Positions 1 to 11,334 of a DNA stretch of 64,000 bases are shown here, one piece after another. The first letter of the stretch is position 1; each line of letters begins with the position of its first letter. Below the pieces are notes generated by a model. That model did no database searches, was not told the origin of the DNA, and saw only the letters and a list, made by a program, of their open reading frames with translations. Both the position numbers and the translations under genes were made by a program. The DNA is from an uncultured Hormoscilla sp. (lineage in GTDB: Bacteria > Cyanobacteriota > Cyanobacteriia > Cyanobacteriales > Desertifilaceae), in NCBI GenBank assembly GCA_963921275.4, contig OZ001293.3:5152001-5216000 (forward strand). Direction: 5' to 3'.

Positions 1-327
1 AGCAAGCACTGATACGCGGACTACATGCACATTTTGTACCAAGCGTGTCAGCCTCTTTCGCTTGTTTGGAGTTACGATGCTTACAGGGATTCGCTTGTTC
101 TAACCATGAACCTCTTTCCTAGCGGCGTCGGTCTCTAGGCTGAGACCTTATCCTTCATTTAAGTCCTCGCTCCACACCACGGCGATGTGGCTCCGCAGCA
201 CCTTCGACCGGTGTCACCCCCGCACCTGGGGAAGGGGAATTTAACCCCCATGATGACCAGAGTTATCTGGCTAATGGAACCAGACCCGACTTTCACCATT
301 ACTGGTTTATGCCGGAACGAATCGCAC
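1..327 (-). mobile_element. Group II intron 'A', 5' part (ORF-less family; runs off window start)
   Basis: Minus strand starts GTGCGATTCGTTCCGGC at 327; domain I closely resembles the copy at 41497-42422; inserted in sense into an IS701 fragment. Confidence 0.85.
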
Positions 328-589
328 TGCCAACTTCTCCAATATATTGTCGTCCCGGTGCCTACCCCTTTAGTTATTGTTCCGCTTTTTCCATGACCTG
401 TATCGTCCACTATTAAGCTAAATATATCCCTAGGTTTTGTTTGACGACAGATTGACATTATTTCTAATCGTCTTTCATTCAAATAATCAGCATCCCAAGT
501 CGGTTATAAAATGATGTAATTTATGCTCGTCAACACCCACAACATACGAGTGATATTTGGGTAACATTTTTTCCTTCACTAACTCCATA
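328..589 (-). pseudogene. IS701-family transposase fragment
   Basis: NERRLEIM...IVDDTGHGKSG...RQYIGEVG-like motifs; similar to 18300-18800. Confidence 0.75.
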
Positions 590-655
590 TATAGCGTTTC
601 TCAAATAGTTATCATGGAGCCAGACAGTATGAATTGAAAAGTGGGGTAGATTATG

Positions 656-2371
656 GTGCGATTCGTTTAGTGTAAACATACTTGACACAAGTCAAGTATG
701 GGGACCACTAGCTAGGTATCATTAGCCTAGACAACTTATGGATGATGGTGGTGAAAGTCCACCCCTCCAGGTGCAGGAGTGAAAGCATAACCCCTACGGT
801 AGCGATGGCATCAATCCGTAAAGCGGGGTCACTAACCCCAAAGCAGCGTCTGGAACTGGTAGGACAAATAGAAATCTCAGGCAAAGCCAAACCAGCTCGT
901 AGAGTGTGGATACCAAAGCCAGGGAGGAACGAAAAACGTCCACTAGGAATACCGACAATGTACGACCGCGCAACACAAGGGTTACTAAAAATTGCGTTAG
1001 AACCGGAGTGGGAAGCGTATATGGAAGGTAACTCATACGGGTTCAGACCGGGAAGAGGATGTCACGACGCAATCGAAGCAATATTCATCAGCATTAACAA
1101 AAAACCAAAGTGGGTATTAGATGCCGATATTGCCAAATGCTTCGATAAGATTGACCATAAAGCGCTGATGGAAAAATTGAATACGACATCACCAATCCGT
1201 AAACAAATACGGGCATGGTTAAAAGCCGGGGTGATAGACAGGAAAGAATGGTATGCAACCAATGAGGGGACACCCCAAGGTGGAGTCATATCACCGTTAC
1301 TGGCAAACATAGCTCTACATGGGCTAGAAGAAGTCGTAATGGAAATTGCAAAAACACGAAGCGATAAAAGCAAACTGACAGTAGTCAGATATGCCGACGA
1401 ATTTGTGGTAATGCATGATGATAGGAAAAAGATAGAAGAAGCGCAAGCGGTCATAGCAGAGTGGCTAAAAGGGGTTGGACTAGAACTCAAGCCTGAAAAG
1501 ACGAAGATAGCTCATACGCTACGCGGAGACAAACCAGGATTTGATTTCCTAGGATTCAACGTCAGGCAATATGAGGTAAGTAAAAACAGAAGCGGTAAGC
1601 GCAGAAATGGACAACCCCTAGGCTATAAAACCTTCATAAAACCCAGTAAAAAATCCATAGGTAAGCACAAAGAACGGTTACTAGAAATAGTAACCAGGCA
1701 TAAAGCGGCCTCACAAGCTGCCCTGATAATTAAACTCAACCCGGTAATACGTGGATGGGTCAACTACTTCAGGACTGGAGTAAGCAAGGAAATTTACTCA
1801 GAGATGGATAATTACCTATGGGAAATCCTGTGGAATTGGGCAAAAAGAAGACACCCCAACAAGTCAAGACATTGGATAGCCGAGAAATATTGGTCAGTTG
1901 ACCAGAACAAAAAATGGCAATTCCAAGATGGGACAGAAAAAGGGGAAGTCAAGCTATACCGACACAGAAGTGTAGAGATAGTAAGACACATAAAGGTCAA
2001 AGGAACAGCGAGCCCATACGACGGAAACCTCATATACTGGAGCACAAAGCTAGGTAGGAACCCCGAGTTAAATAACAAAGTAGCAAAGCTGCTCAAAAGG
2101 CAAAAGGGGAAATGCCAACATTGCGGATTAACGTTTAAGGATAGCGATAGTTGGGAACTGGACCACATTAAGCCACTTTCATTAGGTGGTAAGGACTGGT
2201 GGGATAACCTACAACTGTTGCACAAACACTGCCACGATACAAAGACTGCCAGCGATGGCAGTAGCCGTATCCATGACAAGGATGGCATTACTGAGGAGCC
2301 GGATGAGGTGAAAAGCAGATCGTCCGGTTTTGAAGACGAGTCAGGAAGGTGACTCCCTGGCTTAGTTTAAT
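656..2371 (+). mobile_element. Group II intron 'B' (IIB/CL-like) with internal deletion
   Basis: GTGCG start at 656; DV GAGCCGGATGAGGTGAAA...CGTCCGGTT and DVI ending TTTAAT at 2371; 5' RNA joined directly to RT coding sequence near 830. Confidence 0.9.
742..2352 (+). pseudogene. ltrA: Group II intron RT/maturase/HNH, N-terminally deleted, YADD changed to YADE
   Basis: RPLGIPT, SYGFRPGR, GTPQGGVISP, RYADE, PVIRGWVNY, HNH (CQHCG...ELDHI...NLQLLH); first ~30 aa are translated intron RNA. Confidence 0.85.
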
Positions 2372-4310
2372 AAAATTCAGTAGATTTACGGCAAAAAATT
2401 TTGGAGACTTATCAAAATGAAAAAATCACCCAGAAAGACCTAGCCAGGGTTTCTCTGGGCTTTATAATTAAACTATTCCGGCAATATCGAGAAACAGGAG
2501 ACATAGCTCCAAAACCTTTTAGGTGAGGTGTCAAACTGAAATTGAATCCCGAGCAACTGGTAATTTTAGCAGAATTGATAGAAAAAAAAAGATGCTACTT
2601 TAGAAGAACTGTGCGAATTACTGAAAGAAAAAACGGGAGTGTTGATTAGTAGATATACAATGGGAAGGATGACAAAAAAGCTAAATTTTACATGGAAGCA
2701 AAAAACTTTGCACCCTAATGAAAAAGAGAGCGACAGAGTGCTTTCTTTGAGAGTATAGTTCTGGGAAAAAATGCGCTCTATCCCAGTCAAGGACTTGGTT
2801 TTCATTGATGAGTATGGAGTGAATTTAGGTTTTGTCAGATTTTTGGCTCGGGCATTGTGCGGTCAAAGAGCTCGGGGAAATCGTCCTCATAAACGAGGTA
2901 AAAATGTCTCAATGGGGCTATTGCTAAAAAAATAATTGTCGCATCTACTAAGATTTTAGGAGCAGCCGATGGTTTAGTTTTTGAAGCTTTTATTATCAAT
3001 AAGCTAGTTCCTAAAGCCAAGTGCTCATGTAGTGCTAGATAATAGTAGCACTCATAAAGGAAAAGAGATTGAAAAAGCAATTGAAGAAGCCGGATCATCA
3101 TTAGTATTTTTACCTCCTTATTCTCCTGAATTTAATCCAATAGAAAAATTTTTGTTCTTCGTAAAATTAATTATTCGTTCCCTCAAACCGAGAACTTATC
3201 TTGAGTTACAATCAGCTATAAAAAAAACTTTTGATCTCGTCTCGCTAAAAGATATTGAGAACTGGTTTGTACATTGCTGTTATGGTACTACAGTAATTTG
3301 AGAAACGCTATATCATCTTCTAGAGTTATTAACTGTATCCTCTTTCCCCATATGGGTGGTTTCCCACGTCTGAGCTTGGTTGGTGTCTTTAGTTTTTCGC
3401 CACCTTTGAGCGGTTGTGTAAGGCATGATCTCGTTGGACGACAAGGAAAAATAACGTCAGACAGCTGCGCTCATTCGGGAAAGCTCCTATTTCATCAGAC
3501 TTCCTGGGAAACTCTTCTTTCCAAGCGTTCGAGTAAGTTAGAGGTTCTCATCCTACAATGTAACTCAGGCTACGGTGGCATAAGCTATATCAGTCAACTA
3601 ATGGGTTGCCATGCCCACACCATTCCCCTTGGGCTTAAAGAGTTGTCCGATGACCAAGCGATGAGCACTAGGGGCATTCGTCGCCCTGGGGGTGGAGGCA
3701 AAAAAGCATTGGAGCAGATAGAGAGATTATATGAGGCATTCCTTCGAGTTGTTGAGGCTCATACAGCGGGTTCGCCAATGGATGAATCGCTCAAATGGAC
3801 GCATCTGACTCGTCAGCAAATTGCCGACTTACTCGCCCAAGAAGAAGAGATTAACGTGAGTGTGACCGTGGTAGATAAATTGTTGAAACAGCATAATTTT
3901 CGTCGCCGTAAGGCATTCAAGACCAAGGCCACTGGAGACCACCCGGAGCGCAAGGAGCAATTTGAGAAGATTGCTGCCTTGGTGGAAGACTATCAAGGCG
4001 CAGGCAATCCGGTTATGAGTGTGGATACAAAAAAAAAAGAGTTAATCGGTAAGTTGTTTCGCGATGGCCATGCTTATACCCAGAAACCGATCGAGGTGTA
4101 TGACTACGACTGGCCATCTTTAGCAACGGGTGTGGTGATTCCCCACGGTCTCTATGACATGACTCATAATATTGGGTATGTGCGGCACGTCTCGATATAC
4201 AAGTGAATTTGCCTGCGATTCCATTCATTATTGGTGGCTCACCTACGGATGCGTACTTTATCCATTGGCTACCTCCATCTTGCTTTTGTGTGATGGTGGT
4301 GGTAGTAATA

Positions 4311-4466
4311 ACTCAAGTTGCGACCTACAGAACCTCAACCCCAAAATTAGGTCGGCAAAATTAGCTAAAATTACCTTGTGATTTACCCAAAAAAGGCATA
4401 GTTTTGAATTTTTTTAGCAAAAATGTTGTCTCAGATGTCAAAATTTTTATAGGTAGCAACTTAGGT
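4311..4466. mobile_element. MITE with IS982-type ends
   Basis: ACTCAAGTTGCGACCT ... ATAGGTAGCAACTTAGGT, the same ends as the IS at 5870-6881; flanked by TAATA. Confidence 0.85.
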
Positions 4467-4596
4467 TAATATAGGAAATTAAGAAGTAAAAATGGAAAAT
4501 AGAAAGTAGGGTATGCCGTGCCCACTGTCATCCGCTACAAAATAACTCGAAAGTAGGGCAAGAGCCACTGCAAAAATAGTAGAAGGAGGTGGAAAA

Positions 4597-5889
4597 ATGG
4601 CAACGATCGCAGGCACGCCGGGGAACGATTTCCTATTGGGAACCCTAGAGTCGGATATCATTCTGGCAGCACAAGGGAATGACAATATAGATGGGAGTTT
4701 GAGTAACGATACCATCTTCGGCGGCAAAGATAATGACTTTGTGCGCGGTGGGGAAGGCTTTGATGAGCTTTATGGAGACCTGGGCGATGACACTGTCTTG
4801 GGAGAGAATGGGTTAGACCTGATCTATGGTGGAGAGGGTAACGACTTCCTGGAAGGAAATGAGCAAAACGATGTTCTGTTTGGGAACCAAGGCAATGATA
4901 CGATCTCGGCTGGAGAAAGTAATGACCGGGTGCGTGCAGGCAAAAACAACGACCTGGTGCTTGGCGGTACTGGTAGAGATACTCTCTTCGGCGACCTGGG
5001 AGACGATATCATCCACGGCGGTAAAGACAATGACAGCATTAGAGGTGGCAAAGGGGATGACCAGTTGTGTGGCGACCTCGGTGATGATTCCATACTGGGG
5101 GATCTGGGTGACGATACCGTCTCTGGTGGGGATGGAGATGACTCGATCGGAGGAGGTAGCGACAGCACCAGAGAAGATGGTAACGATCGGCTGTTTGGCG
5201 AAGCGGGGGATGATACCATCTTTGGTCAGGCCGGAGATGACATCCTCTCCGGCGGTGATGACAATGACCTGTTGCTGGGAGGCAATGGCAGGGACGAAGT
5301 TTCTGGGGATGCCGGTAATGACACGCTCTTTGGTGGTAGCGGCGTAGATACTTTCACAGGAGGTGCTGGCTCTGACAGCTTCACAGTCACCGCAACATCT
5401 GAGGCGGATGTTGTGCTTGACTTCCAAGATGGTCAGGATTTAATTGGTCTAGCAGAGGGACTCGCCTTTGCGGATCTGGAGATTACTCAGGGTACAGGAG
5501 CAAATGCCAATGACGTAATTATTGAAGACACCCTCCAAGGCAATGTTTTATTAGTGATCGAGAATGTCAATTTTGACTCGATAGACGATACAGATTTCAT
5601 AGATGTTGCACTCCCCGAAGAACCGATACCACCAACACCAACACCAACACCAACACCAACACCGACCCCAACACCAACAGGTAATGGTCCCAGCATCGTC
5701 GGCGCAGAGGTACTGGTTGCCAATAGTTCAACGCCGATCGGGAATTTAGCCCAACTGACAGGGACTGGCGCTTCCAGTTTTACGATTAACAATGCTACTG
5801 GTAACACTGGTCAAGAGGTATCGGCAGCTTTTGAGATTCAGGGTAGTAACCTCAGACTGGTAAATAGTAACTCAAGTTGCGACCTATAA
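4597..5889 (+). CDS. RTX-type Ca2+-binding repeat protein, C-terminally truncated by IS982
   Basis: Many GGxGxD nonapeptides; GGAGG RBS upstream; PT linker; last codons come from the IS end. Confidence 0.85.
   Translation: MATIAGTPGNDFLLGTLESDIILAAQGNDNIDGSLSNDTIFGGKDNDFVRGGEGFDELYGDLGDDTVLGENGLDLIYGGEGNDFLEGNEQNDVLFGNQGNDTISAGESNDRVRAGKNNDLVLGGTGRDTLFGDLGDDIIHGGKDNDSIRGGKGDDQLCGDLGDDSILGDLGDDTVSGGDGDDSIGGGSDSTREDGNDRLFGEAGDDTIFGQAGDDILSGGDDNDLLLGGNGRDEVSGDAGNDTLFGGSGVDTFTGGAGSDSFTVTATSEADVVLDFQDGQDLIGLAEGLAFADLEITQGTGANANDVIIEDTLQGNVLLVIENVNFDSIDDTDFIDVALPEEPIPPTPTPTPTPTPTPTPTGNGPSIVGAEVLVANSSTPIGNLAQLTGTGASSFTINNATGNTGQEVSAAFEIQGSNLRLVNSNSSCDL
5629..5680 (+). repeat. (ACACCA)n hexamer repeat encoding a Pro-Thr linker
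   Basis: About 8 tandem ACACCA-like units. Confidence 0.9.
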
Positions 5890-6881
5890 AAATTGGATAC
5901 AAAAAGCTATGATAAAGAGAATTATTTTCAACTCTAATCCCTTAGATGTAACAGCATGAATTGACTTGGGAAACAAATTGGTGATTCGACTAAAACAGGT
6001 TTCAACTTGTTTTCTTGTTACTTTTTGTATATATTCAAAACAAGAATATTCTTTTCTTTTTGAGTTCTTTTTTCGCAAAGGTTTTAACATTATACTTGAC
6101 GACTCTTTTAGTAAATTCTCTAATTGATAATCATTATAAGCTTTATCTCCATAAACTATTGAATTTGATGGTAAGTCAAAGCCAAAAGATTGCAAAACTT
6201 TAACATCATTATAACTACCAGGATCTAGATAAAATTCTATTGGCTTTCCATTTTTGTTTACCAACATATGAACTCTTAATCCATAAAAATAACGTTTTTT
6301 ACTGGCAATATACCCTCGATATTCTTCCTTGTTATAAATTTGGCATCTATCAATCCTAATATTATCACATACTGGCACCGGGAAACTATCAAGAATATAT
6401 TCTTGACCCGGATTGAGCTCTTTAAATGTTTGAGCTATAACTTGGAAGAAAAACATCCAAATTGGTTCCTCAATATTGTGTAATCGACGATTGAACCTAC
6501 TTTTACTTAACAGATTTTTTATATACTTGTGTTGGACCATAAATTGACAAGAGCGATCGTGGTGTCCTCCGAAAAAATATGCAGCAACTAATCCGACTGT
6601 CATCACTTCGGCATTGTTCATTTTTACTTGTGGATCTTCTTTTATATTTAACGCTTTTAGTAGCTCGTCACAAAGAACAAAAATTGTTGTAATCATATCT
6701 TCCATCATCTACATCCCCCAGCAATTAACTATTATTTTAGTACATTATAACCTATAAACAGCCAACCCGCCGTCTAGCACAAAAAAAATATAATTTTGTA
6801 TCAAAAGCTACGAAATATCCCAAATATCTGTAAAGTCTAAGTGGGTAATTCATATTTTTTTTAATAGGTCGCAACTTAGGT
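5870..6881 (-). mobile_element. IS982-family element with intact transposase ORF 5884-6708
   Basis: 274 aa ORF with LDSFPVPVCDNIR, GYIASKKRYFYG, YGDKAY; imperfect TIRs. Confidence 0.9.
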
Positions 6882-7017
6882 TAATAGTTCTCGAGCCTAC
6901 CTGTTCAAGGAATGTCTTCAAGCCCTCAGCAATAAGTTGGGCATTGAGATTCGCATTGCCCATTATCCCCCCTATACCTCCAAGTACAATCCCATTGAGC
7001 ATCGGTTGTTTCCCCAT

Positions 7018-7313
7018 GTCGTGAAGGTGTGATTTTTGAAAGGGTGGAAACAGCCAAAGACTTGATGGCTACAGCTACAACCAAAAGGGGACTACAGGTG
7101 TTTACCAAGGTGATTCCCAGAGTTTACCAAACAGGTAAGAAAGTGGCAGTAAGCAAAATATGAAAGTCGTGAACGTGTCATTTTTGAAAGGGTGGAAACA
7201 GCCAAAGACTTGATGGCTACAGCTACAACCAAAAGGGGACTACAGGTGTTTACCAAGGTGATTCCCAGAGTTTACCAAACAGGTAAGAAAGTGGCAGTAA
7301 GCAAAATATGAAA
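7018..7313 (+). repeat. 148-bp tandem duplication in the ISAzo13 3' region
   Basis: 7018-7165 repeated at 7166-7313. Confidence 0.9.
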
Positions 7314-7402
7314 ATTGTCTTCCATGAGGTTCTGCCTCAATGGAACTACACCGCGAAGCCACAGCCAGGTTAACTTTGATAAGTTATTAAATCCTCATTC
7401 CT

Positions 7403-7710
7403 AAATGAGCTTCGGCTTCTCCATCAATACGCCGTAACTGAGATGAGGGTTGGGGACGGGGGGTTATCGCTTTTTCTAAACCCTCTTCTACAAAGCTTTG
7501 TCTTACTCTTTCAATGGTTCTAGTACTAATGTTCAAAGCTTGGCTAATTTCACTATCTGTCCACCCTCCATCGATTTGATTAATATCGGCTTTGAGTAAG
7601 ATGCGAGCATGATTAATTTTCCTCGCCGCAGCTTTTCCTGTTGTGGTTAGCTTTTCTAGACTTTGGCGTTCTTCTTCCGTTAGGGAGACTATATATCGTT
7701 TGGCTGGCAT
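7403..7710 (-). pseudogene. IS630-family transposase N-terminal HTH fragment
   Basis: MPAKRYIVSLTEEERQSLE...HARILLKAD...RTIERVRQSFVEEGLE. Confidence 0.8.
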
Positions 7711-8109
7711 GGTTTCTCTCTCTTTGTTCTCTTTCCTTCTCTTATCCGTCATCATTGCCTTGACATACCACTAGTGTAGCTAGAGCATCGGTCCAGTACA
7801 ACTTCTTTATGGCTGCGCCACGCTACGCGATGGGTAAAATCATGAGGGGGAGAGGGAGGACATGGGGGGGGAGGCGAGAAGATGTTGATTTTTCGTTGAT
7901 TCACAGATGTTTTAATTTGTCAAGTATTATTAATGGACCGACGCTCTAGGTGTTAATCAATGACCAGCATGCCGCAGGCGCTCCCGATGTCACTTGAGAC
8001 AGGTGATTTAATATGGTATCACCTGCGTCAAGTGACATCAGCGGGACATCTCCACCTGATGCAAAAACACTGGTAACCGATCGCCGATCACTAATCACTG
8101 ACACTAGCG

Positions 8110-9474
8110 ATGGCTCGCACCCCGACTTTATCATTCGATCGCGGCACGTTAATCCTGCATCCACCACCCAGGGGGAAAGCCTGGATAGATTATGCTACCT
8201 GGGATAACAGAATCGAGAAGTTTCGCATTTTGGGCCTTCACTATCGCCCGCTGGTGGAAGCCTTGCAAGCGGAAGGGGCGAATTTTATCGATGAGGCCAG
8301 GGATTTTCATCCAGTGGAACTGGTTCGGGCTGTGGAAATGGAACCTTACCCCCATCAGCAAGAAGCACTGGCAGCTTGGAAGCAGGCCAAGCGTCAAGGG
8401 GTGGTGGTATTACCCACGGCGGCGGGGAAGACTTATCTGGCCCAACTGGCCATGCAAGCGACTCCCCGCACTACCCTGATTGTCGTGCCTACCCTAGATT
8501 TGATGCATCAATGGTATGCTCACCTGAAGGCGGCTTTTCCAGATGCTGAAGTCGGGTTACTGGGCGGCGGTTCCCGAGACAGAACCCCCATTTTAGTGGC
8601 TACTTACGATAGTGCGGCTATTCATGTCGAGGCCCTGGGAGCTAAATATGCCCTGTTAATCTGTGATGAATGTCATCACTTGCCTACAGAGTTTAGCCGC
8701 GCGATCGCTGAATATGCTATTGCTCCCTATCGCCTGGGGTTGACTGCTACTCCCGATCGATCGGATGGACGCGATCGGGATCTGACAAGTCTGTTGGGAA
8801 AAATAGTATATCATAAAACTGTTGAAGACTTGGCTGGCATAGCCCTCGCCTCACATCAGGTGGTGCAGATGAAGGTGAAGTTGTCCAAACAAGAGCGCGA
8901 TCGCTATAATAGGGCTATCGCCCTACGCAACGACTTTCTCCAACAAGCAAACATTTCCCTAGGTAGCATCAAAGGTTGGCAGCTGTTCGTGCAAGCCAGT
9001 TGTCGTTCTGTAGAGGGACGTAGAGCCATGTTAGCGCATCGGGAAGCCAAGGAAATTGCCTTGGGTACTGATGCAAAACTGCGGTTGCTAACGGACTTAC
9101 TCGCCCAGCATTTTACAGAACGTATCCTAATTTTTACTGCTGATAACGCCGCTGTTTATCGCATTTCTCAGGAATTACTCATTCCCGCCATTACCCATCA
9201 CACTCCTGTCAAAGAACGCCACGAAATCTTAACTCGCTTTCGCCAGGGAGAATACAAAACCCTGGTAGCTTCCCATGTTTTGAATGAAGGTGTTAATGTT
9301 CCCGACGCCAGGATCGCCATTATTTTATCGGGTACGGGATCCCAGCGAGAATATATTCAGCGTTTGGGAAGGGTTTTGCGCAAAGGTTCTCACGACAATA
9401 AACAGGCGATTTTATATGAAGTTGTGGCCGAAAACACGGCGGAAGAACGCACCTCCCAGCGCCGACGCGGGTAA
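8110..9474 (+). CDS. Superfamily II DEAD/DEAH helicase (XPB/Rad25-like)
   Basis: LPTAAGKT, DECHH, LGLTATP, LNEGVNVP, QRLGRVLR. Confidence 0.9.
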   Translation: MARTPTLSFDRGTLILHPPPRGKAWIDYATWDNRIEKFRILGLHYRPLVEALQAEGANFIDEARDFHPVELVRAVEMEPYPHQQEALAAWKQAKRQGVVVLPTAAGKTYLAQLAMQATPRTTLIVVPTLDLMHQWYAHLKAAFPDAEVGLLGGGSRDRTPILVATYDSAAIHVEALGAKYALLICDECHHLPTEFSRAIAEYAIAPYRLGLTATPDRSDGRDRDLTSLLGKIVYHKTVEDLAGIALASHQVVQMKVKLSKQERDRYNRAIALRNDFLQQANISLGSIKGWQLFVQASCRSVEGRRAMLAHREAKEIALGTDAKLRLLTDLLAQHFTERILIFTADNAAVYRISQELLIPAITHHTPVKERHEILTRFRQGEYKTLVASHVLNEGVNVPDARIAIILSGTGSQREYIQRLGRVLRKGSHDNKQAILYEVVAENTAEERTSQRRRG

Positions 9475-10215
9475 CTGCTCACCGCAATAGAGACAGTTTA
9501 TTGAGAATGTATAGCGAGCCATGATCTATGGTATAAACATTGCTGGAGGGGAAATCGCACCAAACTATTGCAGGATAAGGATTTCAGCCCTCACAGACTT
9601 GGTACAACTTTCAGCAGGCTGACTTATTTGAGCTGCGCTTGGGGTATACTTGCTTATCGGGACTTTGAGATTTTCTCAGGCAAAAAACGGCTTCTTAGCT
9701 TACGGGGTGTGGGTTTTACGTCGAAGGGAATTCATAGGCAGCAAACCCGCTCGCCTGGGTCCCTCGAGACCAGCTCGACCCTTATGTGGCTCTGTGAAAG
9801 GGTTTGATGCCATTTTACGCCTATTTTTTCTCAAAGTCCCGTTATATGACCTTTACTACTGCACTACAGACCTCACAGATGACCTTCGCCATCTCTGCTG
9901 ACGAGATGACGACATCAGTGCTGCTGGTCGAGCGGTGGCTCGTGCAGCAGCAACTATTCAAACAACAGCAGGGCCTGATTGAGAAGCGGGAGAAAGAACT
10001 GGAGGCTCTCAAAAAAGAAAACTTACAACTCTCCGATGAGCTGGACAAACTGAAAAAACGGTCGTCTCAAAACAGTTCTGTCCCCCCCTCACAAGACCTT
10101 CTGAAGAAACCTTCAGACAAAAGCAAGCGCAAAAAAGGTAAAAAGCGCGGTCCCAAATATAATCACATTGGTAAGACACGCAATGGATTTGGAGAGCCCG
10201 ATCGCATAGAACAGC
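9471..10215 (+). mobile_element. IS66-family left end plus transposase N-terminal fragment
   Basis: GTAACTGCTCAC terminus; coiled coil followed by KKRSSQNSSVPPSQD; homologous to 27643-27814 and 31960-32425. Confidence 0.7.
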
Positions 10216-10227
10216 TATGGCGTATAT

Positions 10228-10695
10228 GTGCTGTCCGGGAAGACGGAGTCGGCCATGTTTAGCCTCAAGGATGCTGAAAACAATGATGTTTACCATACAA
10301 AGGTGGAAGTACCACAAAATGGCGGTATAGTAGAAATAAAAATTCCCTCGGACGCTCCACCATTGGCGGTGGGTCAGAAGTATGTTTGGTCCTTTGGGAT
10401 GATCTGCGCCACGCAAGGGCCAGAAGATTTCTCGCCAGCGGTGTTCGTCGCTGGCGAGGTGCAGCGTACGGAAGCTAGCTCAAGGATGAAAAGCCAGCTA
10501 GCGGAGGCAACACCGCTCGATCAGGCAGCTATATACGCGCAAAATGGCATATGGGTAGAGGCGATCGCCTCCCTGGCCCAGCTGCGACAGATGCAACCAG
10601 AGAACACCTTGATAACCGCTGGATGGGAACAACTGTTGAATTCAGTCGGGTTAGAGGAGATCGCATCCCAGCCCCTAGTGCCAAGGCCGCAGTGA
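10228..10695 (+). pseudogene. DUF928-like protein, 5'-truncated
   Basis: GQKYVWSF...IC, YAQNGIW.EA, WEQLLNSVGLEEIA. Confidence 0.75.
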
Positions 10696-11334
10696 TTGGC
10701 GACCAGAGCGATCGAGCTAAAAATCAAGGCGTTGCGCGGGGACGGGATGATCGGGTACCACGCCCAACAGGCATTATGACCTAACCAGGCTAGGGTTTCA
10801 GGCGATATATATTTATATCTGGTTATATAGATCCTTGAGCGCAATCAGCAAATCGCAATTGGCAATTTGCGGCCATCATCCCCAAAATGCGCAACTTGAA
10901 TTTTTTGCTTTTTAAAGAGCAGTTGCAATGAGTGTATTTGTCGCTGGGTATATTCATCTGAGATCATAAACCGGTTTGCGGTCAGCGGTTAGTTGTCAGT
11001 TGTTCGAGTCTCGCCTGGCAGTTGCTGCTGCTGTCGGGATGCAGAGGTGGGACTGGCGATCGCACCGCAATAGTCAGATTATCACCCCTACAAGGCATTG
11101 ACTGCTCTGGGAAAATATGCTATTTGGGGATGATGGTTGCAACGAAGCCGATTCTTTCCCCAAAAGGTGGTGATAAACATGTGGTGATGACACAACTAAC
11201 CCGACAAAGATTTATTATATTCATGCGCAAAATACCAAATAGCGCCTATATTATTTTCCAGGTTTTTTGAAAATGATAATGTTTGACGAACCAATCGCCC
11301 TTACATCGCCCTTACCTTTGCCTCAAAGTGTTAT

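Larger units (their letters stand above)
590..3312 (+). mobile_element. IS630-family element (decayed transposase), interrupted by intron B
   Basis: TIRs TATAGCGTTTCTCAAAT (590) and ATTTGAGAAACGCTATA (3296-3312); SVDLRQKI..., LDNSSTHK and FLPPYSPEFNPIE fragments. Confidence 0.85.
3560..7402 (+). pseudogene. ISAzo13-family transposase, frameshifted and split by a 2.6-kb insertion
   Basis: AGSPM...WTHLT, SVDTKKKELIG, LLLCDGGGSN | SSRAYLFK...IAHYPPYTSKYNPIEHR resuming at 6883. Confidence 0.85.

Noticed and set aside
3274..3560. N-terminal part of the 310-aa ORF
   Set aside because: Read-through from the IS630 end and unrelated DNA; only the downstream part resembles ISAzo13 transposase
4813..5427. 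Long antisense and alternate-frame ORFs over the RTX gene
   Set aside because: Shadow frames caused by repetitive Gly/Asp codons
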